A stretch of DNA of 64,000 nucleotides from Eledone cirrhosa (Eukaryota): contig OZ024743.1 of assembly GCA_964016885.1 (NCBI GenBank), positions 159,712,001-159,776,000 of the forward strand, written 5' to 3'. Numbering within the stretch: the first letter of the stretch is position 1; each line of letters opens with the position of its first letter. This document shows, piece by piece, positions 1 to 10,789 of this stretch. Under the pieces are notes generated by a model. That model saw only the letters and a program-made list of their open reading frames with translations. It had not been told where the DNA came from and did no database searches. A program made the translations under genes and the position numbers.

Positions 1-130
1 TCCAATACGAGCTGTTCTGTTCTCATCGACCACCCACATGACCTCTAACGTATATTGCCTACAATTTCACAGATTAGCGGCAATATTGCTAACTTTAAGG
101 CTATGTATAAATATATCTATATGTATGTTT

Positions 131-154
131 GTGTCTGTGTGTGTGTGTGTGTGT

Positions 155-222
<68 letters not shown>

Positions 223-268
223 GTGTGCGTGTGTGTGCGTGTGTGTGCGTGTGTGTGTGTGTTTGTGT
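131..268. repeat. (GT)n microsatellite
   Basis: Directly visible; the overlapping VCVC/HTHT ORFs are artefacts. Confidence 0.97.
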
Positions 269-1199
269 GAGTTTACGTGTGTGTATATAAAATAAACTTA
301 TACTCAAAACAAACATACACATGCACACATATATACGAAGTTTTAGGGTACATTTCATGTGTATATAACTTTAGATTATTTTATACAATTTGAATTACCA
401 CCTCTAAAATTCTAATGTGTACACGTTTCTTATTTCCCTCAGCAAAACATGCATTTCGGTTATTGTTGTCACTTCATCAGTATATAGGTAACCTAATATT
501 TCTATCTAGAAAAGAATTTTCTATATCATTGCTATATATATCAAGCATGGTTGACAATACCACTGAAATGATCCGTTTAATTTACATGACGTGTATTCGT
601 TTGCCAACGCAAATATTCAAATAATAGATAGGTATGCTTGAAGAAAGCGTTCATTAGAGAATCACTGATAAATTAAATATAGCACCTACTATTTTCCCTA
701 CTGATTCCGTCTATTATCTTATTTATTATGGACCCCTTAGTACCGTACGCATTTCTTCACACAGGTGCAGGTTCTGTCTTTTTAAATTATTATTATAATT
801 TCCTGTCATTTATAATTGGTGATTTAATTTTTCCATCATTAGAGACGTGTTAAATCAAACCCTTTGAGACAATATGAAGATCAATGATAGATAGCGTTTT
901 AATTCTTAACACATTAACCAAGAAAAGTTTTTCCTGTTAAAAATATTTAGAATTAAAGAAAATAGTGTCAAATTTATATATATGTACTAGTTGTGGTTGG
1001 TGAAATATCCAAAATTTTAGACCAACTTAAGTCGATAGATGAGGTATCATATTATAATTCTGCTTGTTTCGTTTGTCACGTACGTTACGCTTTCGTAAGT
1101 TGCATACACATACATCTACACGTAAATACTTAAACAGATACACCGACAACAGATGTACACACACACACACGATTCCTAGAACGCAACGCTGTGTATGTA

Positions 1200-1690
1200 T
1201 CTAAACTATAATAAAGTAATGAGCGCGGGACTGCGTACGGTTTATAATGTTTTTATCCCATTAGTAAAATTAGTTGAATTACTTTGAATAAATAATGAAT
1301 GAATATTACATAATGTATCTACTAAATTATGCAATATTCATTCATTGATTAAATATATTGTTGATTAAATATATTTTGTTTATTTAAAGATTCACTTCTT
1401 TACAATTTCTGAAATGTCAACACTTCCGGTTGGCCATCGCTTAAATAAACATATTAATTTCCTGTCACTAATTTTCTCCTAATGCAGTTTATATATAATA
1501 TCGTCTTTTTTAATGTATTATGGACTACGTTACTGATTACATAAGACAGTGTAACGTAGTCTTCGTTCAATTTCTATGTATTATATATTGTCAATTACGA
1601 TTTTATTTCATGTATCATATCTACGTATAATATCAAGATACACGCTACACATGCTAGGAGAAAACCACCCGTCGATGGCTTTTCTGCTAG
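1200..1690 (+). mobile_element. Non-autonomous Helitron-like element
   Basis: Starts A|TCtaaactataataaag and ends with a hairpin (ctaggagaaaacca...tggcttttctgctag) then CTAG|T; 5' part repeated at ~7962-8360 and the 3' hairpin at 10288-10324. Confidence 0.55.
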
Positions 1691-2016
1691 TCTATGTAAT
1701 GACTGAGCTAGGGTAGTGAAACGCCATGTGTAAATGTACGTCTGTGTGTGTTTGTATTAGTATATGTGATAGTGTGTGTGTGTGAATGTATGTGTTTGCG
1801 TGTTTATATTTATGTGAGAGTGTATGTGTGTGTCAACGTATGCGTGTTTTCGCGTAACCCATACATAGAACGTTGTGTATGTAAAAATCATTTTGTAGAT
1901 TTGTATGAAGTGTATGTGTGGCGGTTTGTGTAAATGTATTTTTGTGTGTTAGTATATGAGTGTGAGTGTATGTGTGTGTCAGAAGATATACATAACGAGC
2001 GCATTTGCAAGGTATA

Positions 2017-2160
2017 CAGTATACCCCCTACATTCGCAGTCCCAGTTATTCGCGGAATTTTCCTTAGAACGTAAGAAATAATTGTTCGTGGAAACCACCT
2101 CATATTCACGAAATCGTAAATATCTTTCGCGATTTTTTATGACTTCTTTTGTGGCAATAT
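2017..2160 (+). mobile_element. Left end of a Tc1/mariner-pogo (Tigger-like) DNA transposon
   Basis: TA|CAGTATACCCCC...TTATTCGCGG resembles pogo/Tigger TIRs; no partner end found. Confidence 0.4.
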
Positions 2161-2199
2161 AAAATGTTTTAACGCTAAATTATTAATAACAATATTACT

Positions 2200-3376
2200 G
2201 CTAGAAGCTGCTACCCACCACATACCAACACAACTTTGTATGAGGTTCGCTGCTGTGTGCATTTATTCTGTGCCAAACAACGCATTGCAGTTGTTGAACA
2301 CACATAAGGAATCAATGATTGAGAACTATTTGCATCAAGGAATGGATGGGCAGCAAGCAAAAATGATGGCACTTGGTACATTAACTCAATATTGATTGAA
2401 AATGGTATAAACTGCGCATGACTGTGTACCTTAGCCCATTGAGATGCTTCAACCTGATCCTCACGTTAACATCAACCACTCTGATATTGATTCTCTTACT
2501 GAAGAACAACAAATGTTGTAATTCATGCTGTTCAACAGAGAAGAAAAATGGGGAAAAGCCTGCACATACCTGCTTCTATGCAGATGCACCTGGAGGTTAT
2601 GGGAAAACATACATGTTGAATACACTGATTTTTAACCTCTATTTGAATATCTATAAAATATGTTGTCGTGTTTGGACCGGCATAGGATCTACACTACTGC
2701 TGGGAGGTAGATAATTTATTCAAACTACCTATGTAATGTGAATGGATCATCTGACCATGCCAATTACATATGGAACCTGGATCTCATGATATTGGACAAG
2801 GCTTCTATGATTCCATCACATGAAATTCATGCCATTCAGAAGTGCCTTCAAGACATCACTGGTGTCAATGAAGTGTTTGGAGGAAAGGTTTTGCTTTTGG
2901 GAGGTGATTTGAATCAACTGCTGCCAATATTACCAAAGGGCACCCGTGAAGCCACATTAGAAATATACCTTAAAAACTCCCATCTATGGCACTTCTTTCA
3001 ACATTTTAGATTAAGCAATAATGTCATAATAAGAGAAGATCAGAGAGGATTTGTGAAGTGGCTGCTACGACTTGGTAATGGAAAAAATACCGCCAATTGA
3101 AGGAGTGGATATGAATGAAGATGATGTTGAAGTGCCTCCATTATCATGTGTAGATGACTGTTTAGTGAAATACATTTTCAACGATACAACGCAACAAGAG
3201 AAACGAATGCGCGTCATTTTATCTCCTAAGAATGCTGGTTGCCTTTTAATCAATATAGAGGTTCTCAGACAACTGTCTGATAACAGCCATACTTATTACA
3301 GTACAGATACAGTGTTTGTTGATGAGCCTAAAGAGGCAGACATATTTTACTGAATTTCTGAACTCGTATACACCTT
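2200..3376 (+). pseudogene. Helitron Rep-Hel PIF1-family helicase fragment, frameshifted
   Basis: Walker A DAPGGYGKT, Walker B relic LDKASM, FGGKVLLLGGDLNQLLP, WLLRLGNG and ILSPKN spread over ORFs 2418, 2738 and 3072. Confidence 0.9.
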
Positions 3377-3451
3377 GCGGGAGCTTCCAACCGACATGGT
3401 CGCATTCTTTAAGGGTATGTCAATATTTGTTTATAAAGCTGATCTATATTA

Positions 3452-3516
3452 TATTTTATCTGATGAAAGCGCACCATAATTTGCTTTGGTGTCCTTGAAA
3501 TGTGTATAATGAAATA
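3452..3516 (+). ncRNA. Minimal type I hammerhead ribozyme
   Basis: tattttat-CTGATGA-stem II (aagcgcacca/tggtgtcctt)-GAAA-tgtgta-TA-atgaaata; same family as 47107-47396. Confidence 0.75.
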
Positions 3517-3640
3517 AATATGGCTCTATAAATATAGTTTCCGTTTGTTAATATATTGTATATATATATATATATATATACAATATATTAACAAATGGAA
3601 ACTATATTTATAAAACCATTATATATATATATATATATAT

Positions 3641-4250
3641 AAACATGAGAAGAAAGAAGAATACTGCGTGCGTGGTTGCACATGGGTTACATATGATAAA
3701 ATTAGTCCTTCGTCAGTGATTTGCCAACCATCATTGATATTTCGTCGCATTAAAAATCATATATCTCAGGTTGGTGCGAGCAATAACTAAAAAAAGCTAT
3801 TGGGACAAGTAAATCGCGTAAAGCGAGTGAGACAAGTAAACGACATAGAAGGATGAAAGCAACGCAAAGATGGGAATAAACAAGCAACGTGGTTATCCGG
3901 TCAGCATAAGCTGGGTGGATTTTATGAGCGATCAAGATAGAGACCGTGTGACGTAGGTGAGATGTGAGCAAGAAAAGAACCCACTACTAGCCAAACGGGA
4001 GGAAGTGAGAAGGGGAGAAACAGAGAGTGAGTGAGTGGAAGTGCGAGGAAGAGGTCAGTCGAGAGAAAGTGTAACTGACAGAGGGGGCGAAAGAAAGTGA
4101 GAGCAACAGAGAGAACAGGGAAGCAGTAAGAGAGATGCAGACAAACGCAGCCGAGGTAAATATATATAAAAAAACATGAGAAGAAGAATACGGCGTGGTT
4201 GCACATGGGTTACATATAATAAAATTAACCCACAGTGAGAGCGAGAGAAG
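3641..4250 (-). mobile_element. Non-coding element with terminal direct repeat, next to (TA)n (PLE pseudo-LTR or retrozyme-like)
   Basis: 3641-3708 is repeated at 4172-4231; homologous to 45424-46218 on the opposite strand. Confidence 0.65.
3705..3806 (-). ncRNA. Conserved pseudoknotted RNA with permuted hammerhead-like core (copy A)
   Basis: Near-gapless alignment to 46103-46205 with compensatory changes in three stems; UA, GAAA and CUGACGA sit at stem junctions. Confidence 0.6.
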
Positions 4251-4534
4251 GATAGACAAATAGGTGTATAAAGGTAATAAATAAACATTCAGTACGCGCT
4301 TAAATTTTAAAAAGAATCACTTCTATTTACTGCTTGATACAGAACTGCATTATTTCGAATTTTCTAGATGCAATATATAAACATTTCTGAGTGTTCGGGA
4401 GTTTAATGCAAATTACAGCATGAAGGATCAACATACTTTCTATTGTTTTGTTAAACTGACTTTAATGATTGTATTTGCCAAACTCTTTATACCTATGTCC
4501 GATTTTCACGATACACGTGTGAACACATCTGCAT

Positions 4535-4547
4535 ACACACACGTGAG

Positions 4548-4627
<80 letters not shown>

Positions 4628-4674
4628 CACACACACTTACACACATACACACACATATACACACATACACACAC
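4535..4674. repeat. (CA)n microsatellite
   Basis: Directly visible. Confidence 0.97.
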
Positions 4675-5209
4675 TTATGTATATACGTAATATATATATA
4701 ATTGAAATAGACATATATACATGCCACACACATACATATATATATGTGTGTTTGTATGTGTGTATGTGTGTGTGTGTGTGTGTTGTTTATTTACAATGAT
4801 TCAAACAGATTTATAATTCTGCTAATAACTCAGGAATATACCTATATTGTTAACTCTACTTATTGAATTATTGATTACATTATTTAATATGTAAAAGGCG
4901 TCTCCTTACGAAGAATGTAACAAAACCACATATTGGATAGCGATCTGATAATTTCGCTACTAATATCTAGCGCAAGTATTCCTTAGCTATTAATTCACCA
5001 GCCTTATAAAATATATTCGCTTTAGATATACGAAATTCGTTGGAGAATTATGTTGAATCACTTCGTTATCTGATTTTTTTTAACAAATTGGTTACAACTG
5101 GCCCATTAGGCACTATTCACGATAATAACTTGAAAGAAATTAGACATTCCTTCTATTAAGCTCTGTTGATTTGTTTTTATAACATGCTTCCTAGTTTTAC
5201 CTTCTGTTG

Positions 5210-5400
5210 TTGGACTTCCGTCGCTTCCGATGACGATTTTCCCTGATCAACGGAACAGCATACTCGTAAAAGTTACGCACAAGTGAGTCAGCATTTCAGA
5301 CAAACGTGTATATTTAACGTACTTCTCATAGGGATTTTGCGTGACACAGTTTGTGATTAAGATGTCCCTTTTGAATTACCGGGAAAAACTTATTTAACCC
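5210..5400 (+). mobile_element. Degenerate SINE-like interspersed repeat
   Basis: gatcaacggaacagc...cgtgacacag...tttgaattac resembles a common octopus repeat as I recall it; single copy here. Confidence 0.4.
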
Positions 5401-6094
5401 AAGTGAGAGGACTGAAGGAATATGAAATAAATTGTCTTGCACAAAGAGGCATGTCACCGAGATTCAAAACCACGCCCATACATCCGTGAACCGAACAGGT
5501 GTAACTAGCATCCCATGCTTTATACACATGTATTTCATTCTCTAACTTTCTCTCTTTCATTTTATTGGGCATTTTAATGGTGTTATGTCGGTTATATCGA
5601 AAGCGTTTTTGTCAAAACACTAAATTAGATTTAAAAAAAAATCACTGACAGACATAAACGTACTAACAAAGATGGGGATATATATTTACGCCATACACAC
5701 ACATCGTGGAAATGCACACATGAGTTGCAGGTGCATGATGCAAATTGTGGTGTATCTTCCAGGCGGACCATAATCCTATCGAAGATTTTTTATCGATTTC
5801 TGTCGATTCTAATCAACTCGAGAATATTCTTCAACATGTTTAAGTTTAACATTGTTGTGGTATAAGCATAGCAACCGTATTCGGTCCTTTTTCTTGGTGT
5901 CACGTTTTAACTGTTGTATTTTACTATGGATGATAAGATTTAGGTTATTGCCTCAAACAACTCGATTGATTCCTTCTATATGGTCATTGCAATTTCGATT
6001 CATATCCCATATTATATATATATATATATATATATACATATATATATAATATGGGATATGAATCGAAATTGCAGTGACCATATAGAAGGAATCA

Positions 6095-6880
6095 ATCGGT
6101 GAAACTCTCGTGGCATCTAACAACATCAGAGACTTGGGAGTAACTGTGGACGGCAATATAAGCTGGGCCACGCATATAAGCAGCAAAGTTGACATGGCCC
6201 GCAGAATATGTTCCTGGATCCTCAGAACCTTCCAGTCGAGAGATTCCCACACCATTATCCTTCTCTTCTCCACTTTTGCCCGACCACTCCTTGAATACTG
6301 TTGTCCACTGTGGTCTCCCCACACGAAATAAAGTATCATGAAACTTGAATTCCCCAAAGGGCAATCACGAAAAAGATAGATGGCATGTCAGACCTTGACT
6401 ACTGTGGTCGACTAGAAAAGCTGAAACTTTACTCACTCCAACGTCGCCGTGAGAGTTATATTATCTGCATGATGTGGAAAATGTTTCATCAGCACTGCCC
6501 AAATGATGTTGGCATCACCTTCAAAATACACGCAAGGCTTGTGCCCCGTGCTATCCGTCCCAAACAAAAATCTAAATCGCAACTCATAACAACAATACGG
6601 CACAATTATTTCACATCAACTGGCCCTGCTCTCTTCAACATCACACCAGGACACGTCAAAACAGTAACTGACTACACAAAATTCAAGAAGTCTTTGGACA
6701 AATTCCTCCAAGTAATCCCGGACAAACCACCCACACCCCGATATGTCTCCGCAAACAGTAATTCCCTTCTCGAATGGGCCATGGTGCCCAAATCCTTAAT
6801 TGAAAGACTTCGCCAGGTGGTGCTATTAAGTTAGACATGGCCTAAGCCAATACTGGCCAAAACATTTCAAAGTTGTTCAA
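6095..6880 (+). mobile_element. CR1/L2/Jockey-group LINE, 3' fragment of ORF2
   Basis: IRDLGVTVD..LEYCCPLWSPH, LKLYSLQRRRE and FKKSLDKFL C-terminal motifs; 5'-truncated, with a stop. Confidence 0.88.
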
Positions 6881-6916
6881 AGATATATATATATATATAT
6901 ATACATACACACACAC

Positions 6917-6949
<33 letters not shown>

Positions 6950-6963
6950 AACACACACACACC

Positions 6964-7250
<287 letters not shown>

Positions 7251-7263
7251 GTTAAGTGTTAAG

Positions 7264-7481
7264 TGTTAAGTGTTAATTGAACAAGTACTTTCATGCTTTC
7301 GCAATCTTCAGGTTAACATTGTGTGGTGACAGTCAAGTTTGCAATTTTCAACAGTTGAAAATTGCAAACGACTGTATTTGCAATTTTCAACAGCTGAAAA
7401 TTGCAAACTTGACTGTACCCACAGAATATGAACCTGAAGATTGCGAAAGCATGAAAGTACTTGTTCAATTAACACTTAACA
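7264..7481. repeat. ~220-bp palindrome with two divergent hammerheads (7278-7316 minus, 7429-7467 plus)
   Basis: tgaac-CTGAAGA-ttgcgaaagcat-GAAA-gtac-TT-gttca on the right arm and its near-copy on the left; two internal hairpins. Confidence 0.8.
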
Positions 7482-8057
7482 TTTAATATTCTAGCATACT
7501 ATTTCATTCTAATACCACTATAAATGTTAAAGGATTGTAAATAAAACGTGTAAATCAGACAAAGTTGGAATTCCTTTTATTAATATAATCTTCTATACAC
7601 AATCATACACACCCGTGTATATTTATCTATATATACGTGTGTGTGTGTGTGAGTAGTACAGTGAAGTATTACTGGGTTGGTACCAAATCTTAGCACTCTT
7701 CTTTTTTTCTTTACCGTCTCCCAACGTAATTACGATATAAACAAGTAATAAATAGAGGCAAGATTGAAACAGCCGAATACAACAGCTTCGTTGAGTTTTG
7801 AACTAGGACTGATTTTGAAACACAGCGGTCTTTTTAGTCATGTATCAGACACTCCGTAGACTCTATTTTATGAGCGCACAGAGTAACAAATGGCTTATAA
7901 TTAAGATGAAAATGTTCTTCCATGACGATAATATGCTCCATTATATTGGATATGGCTGTTTATCTTAACTATAATAAAGTAAGGAATGTGGGACTGCGTA
8001 CGGTTTATTTCTTTTAATCCAGTTAGTAAAATAAGTTGGATTACTTTGAATAAATAA

Positions 8058-8240
8058 TTGTTTCTACTTTTGGCACAAGGCCAGCAAATACCCAGTGCAT
8101 TACTGGTACTTTATTTTATCGACCCCGTAAGTATGAAAGGCAAAGTTAACCTCGGCGGGATTTGAACTCAGAATGGCAAGGGCCGTAACTCTATACGTCA
8201 AAGCATGGCGTCCGACCCTCTACCAATACTGCCAATCCAT
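8058..8240 (-). mobile_element. tRNA-derived SINE (family 1)
   Basis: A box (tggcagtattgg), B box (gagttcaaatc), gcctttcat...ggggtcgataaa core and ggccttgtgcc...gaaacaa tail; inserted in the 7962-8360 repeat. Confidence 0.88.
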
Positions 8241-8929
8241 GAATGAATATTATATAATTTATGTATCAATTTTCGTAATTTGTTATTAGTTTTAATATAA
8301 ATAATTTTATTGCTTATTTAAAATTGACTTTTCAGATTTTCAAATTTCTACACTTCCGGTATATCGTTGCCACCGCCACCACTTCAACTACCATATATAT
8401 AGAAAGAGAGAGTGTATGATGAGAGAGATACTGATAGAGTGATTATGATTTTCTACACGCTGACGTATATGTGTGTATATGTGCACATACATACATCTAT
8501 ATGTATGAGTATATAACTATAATCACGCAAACGCAAACTTATAAAATTACACGCTCACGAATACACATACTTTCACACAAATACATTTACAGATACAGTC
8601 ATGATAGCAGTATTCGATGAATTGCAAATGGGAGGGTAAACAAGTACAACGTTTTATTTATTTATTAACAACACAGTTTAACGCTTTTTTTTTTAAAAAC
8701 TCATTTGTATAAAAATTAAATATAATGTTTACAGAACGAATACACTAACAAATATAATATATACAAAGGAAAGGGAATGGAAAAAAAGAAAAAGAAAAGA
8801 ATACACAAGCACGTAATACCCACATCTTAGATCCCATAGAAGAATGTGCAGGCGAAAGATTGGAAAAAAACAAGACGCTACCAGAGCAAAGGATAGCAAT
8901 ATAGCGTGGAGCAATGGGAAACCTCTCTA

Positions 8930-9370
8930 ATAATTTGTGAGGCAAGTCAGCACGCTCGCAGCGTTACCTGGGGTGATGGCGAGGCTGCGGTGTTGGAACA
9001 ACCAAGTGCCCTCAAGAGTATCACCAGTACAACTGTTTGGTGAGCCACCAGTGAAGATTAGAACCTCGCTGTCATTAGCCCGACACCCCAAAACGTCTCG
9101 AACGCCACAGGCTGGATAATGTAGTTAGCTGACAGAACACGGTATTTTAGGATTTTGTTCCGTTCAGCTGCGGAAGCTGTAGCTCTCGCCCTTGCAGCTG
9201 CATCCAGGATGTGGGAAGATGCAAGAGTCACTAACTGTGATGTCCCAGGTTAGGCACCTGCCTCTTGACCAGGAGCACAGAACACGGCCGTCAAGTCTTT
9301 TCCCATCAATTCTGGAAAACCCAAACGGTTCCAAAATTGAGGGGATGTTTGCCCGGGCCAAAGCTCTTAA
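8930..9370 (-). mobile_element. Restriction-like endonuclease region of a CRE-like non-LTR element
   Basis: LEPFGFSRIDGKRLDG..WSRGRCLTWDITVSD matches the RPDG...WD.T pattern; the support lies mainly in 9164-9361. Confidence 0.6.
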
Positions 9371-9539
9371 GTGGTAATATGACAGTGTAGTGTATGTGCG
9401 ACGCGTGATTCTGTCGGCGTTCTTAAATTAGAGACATGTGTGTGTGTATGTGTGTGTGTGCGTGCTTGTGTCACTGTTTTAAAGTTAGAGACATATATGT
9501 GTGTATCCTTTTCCTTCCTTACACACACATACATATTGT

Positions 9540-10218
9540 GTGATGGACGGTTGGACAGAAGTCCCTCAAATTTACATGTAAATGGAGTTCTACTGAAGCA
9601 GATAAAGAAGTTCAAGTATATTGGAGCCGTGTATATGAGTGATGGAATGCAGGAGGGTGAATTACGTGCAAGCATTCCAAAAGCTGCTACAGTAAAGCAC
9701 CAGCCTCAGCATTCAGATGAAGAGGGTAGGTGTAAAAGCCAACCTCGCTCTCTTGCTGGTATTCCTGCCAACTCTTACCGAGGAAAATGAATCTTGAGTA
9801 ATGACCAAAGGAATACAATTGCAAATAAAAGCGGCAGAAAGGGGATTCCTCCGAAGGGTCTTTGGTGTAACGTTACTCTATAAAGTGCATAGCTCAGAGA
9901 CCAGAGAGTCACTCCTGGTAGGGCCGCTACTTCTCCGAATTGAGAGATCACAATTCTGATATTATGAGCATGTGGTTCGAATGTCTCAGTAAAGAATCGT
10001 TGAACACATTTTACAGACAAAACGAGCCGGCAAGAGACCCAGAGGTGGACCCTGAGCAAGTTATTTGGATAACATTCATGAACTTTGCTGGTGACGCTTT
10101 GGGATTCAGTTGGATCAGTTAGAGATGTTTGCTTCGGACAGACTCGCTGGAAGGGGTGTTTGAGAAGGACTCTGCCCCCAGGACCCTCTCAGAAATAAGT
10201 GGGCGAAGAAGAAGAAGA
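9540..10218 (+). mobile_element. RTE-clade LINE, 3' fragment
   Basis: LHVNGVLLKQIKKFKYIG motif and (GAA)n tail. Confidence 0.7.
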
Positions 10219-10400
10219 TATTGTCAATTTACCTTTCAATTTACATATATATATTTGCGTATAATACCAATATGCACACTACATATGCTAGCAGAAAACC
10301 GCCCGCGGGTGGTTTTTCTGCTAGTTTATATTATAAAGTATAATACGACGCCAGAAATCAAAACGCATACAGTAATTCACTGCTATTATTTGTATATACA

Positions 10401-10586
10401 AGGGCGGTGGATTGGCAGTATCGGTAGAGGGTCGGACGCCATGCTTTACAGCATAGTTACCTCCCTTTACGATCTGAGTTCAAATCCCACCGAGGTTTAC
10501 TTTGCCTTTCATCCTTACGGGGTCGATAAAATAAAGTACCAGTAATGCACTGGGTAATTGCTGGCCTTGTGCCTAAAGTAGAAACA
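10401..10586 (+). mobile_element. tRNA-derived SINE (family 1) with 16-bp TSD
   Basis: TSD attatttgtatataca at 10385-10400 and 10587-10602. Confidence 0.92.
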
Positions 10587-10712
10587 ATTATTTGTATATA
10601 CATATTCATGATAAGAAGGTATTTGTTTGTACTCAGCAATGCAAGCTCATAGATATATATATATATATATATATATGAGCGTGCATTGCTGAGTACAAAC
10701 AAATACCTTTTT

Positions 10713-10788
<76 letters not shown>

Positions 10789-10789
10789 T

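Noticed and set aside
38-358. ORFs rich in VC, HT, YI, LS, poly-L, poly-F or poly-E here and throughout the window
   Set aside because: They are translations of microsatellites, not genes.
445-490. Minus-strand CTGATGA...GAAA-tgca-TG
   Set aside because: Stems I and II do not pair convincingly and position 17 is G.
2418-3353. Host PIF1 gene
   Set aside because: Intronless, frameshifted and with Helitron-type motifs.
10401-10490. tRNA gene
   Set aside because: A and B boxes are present but there is no cloverleaf; it is a SINE head with TSDs.
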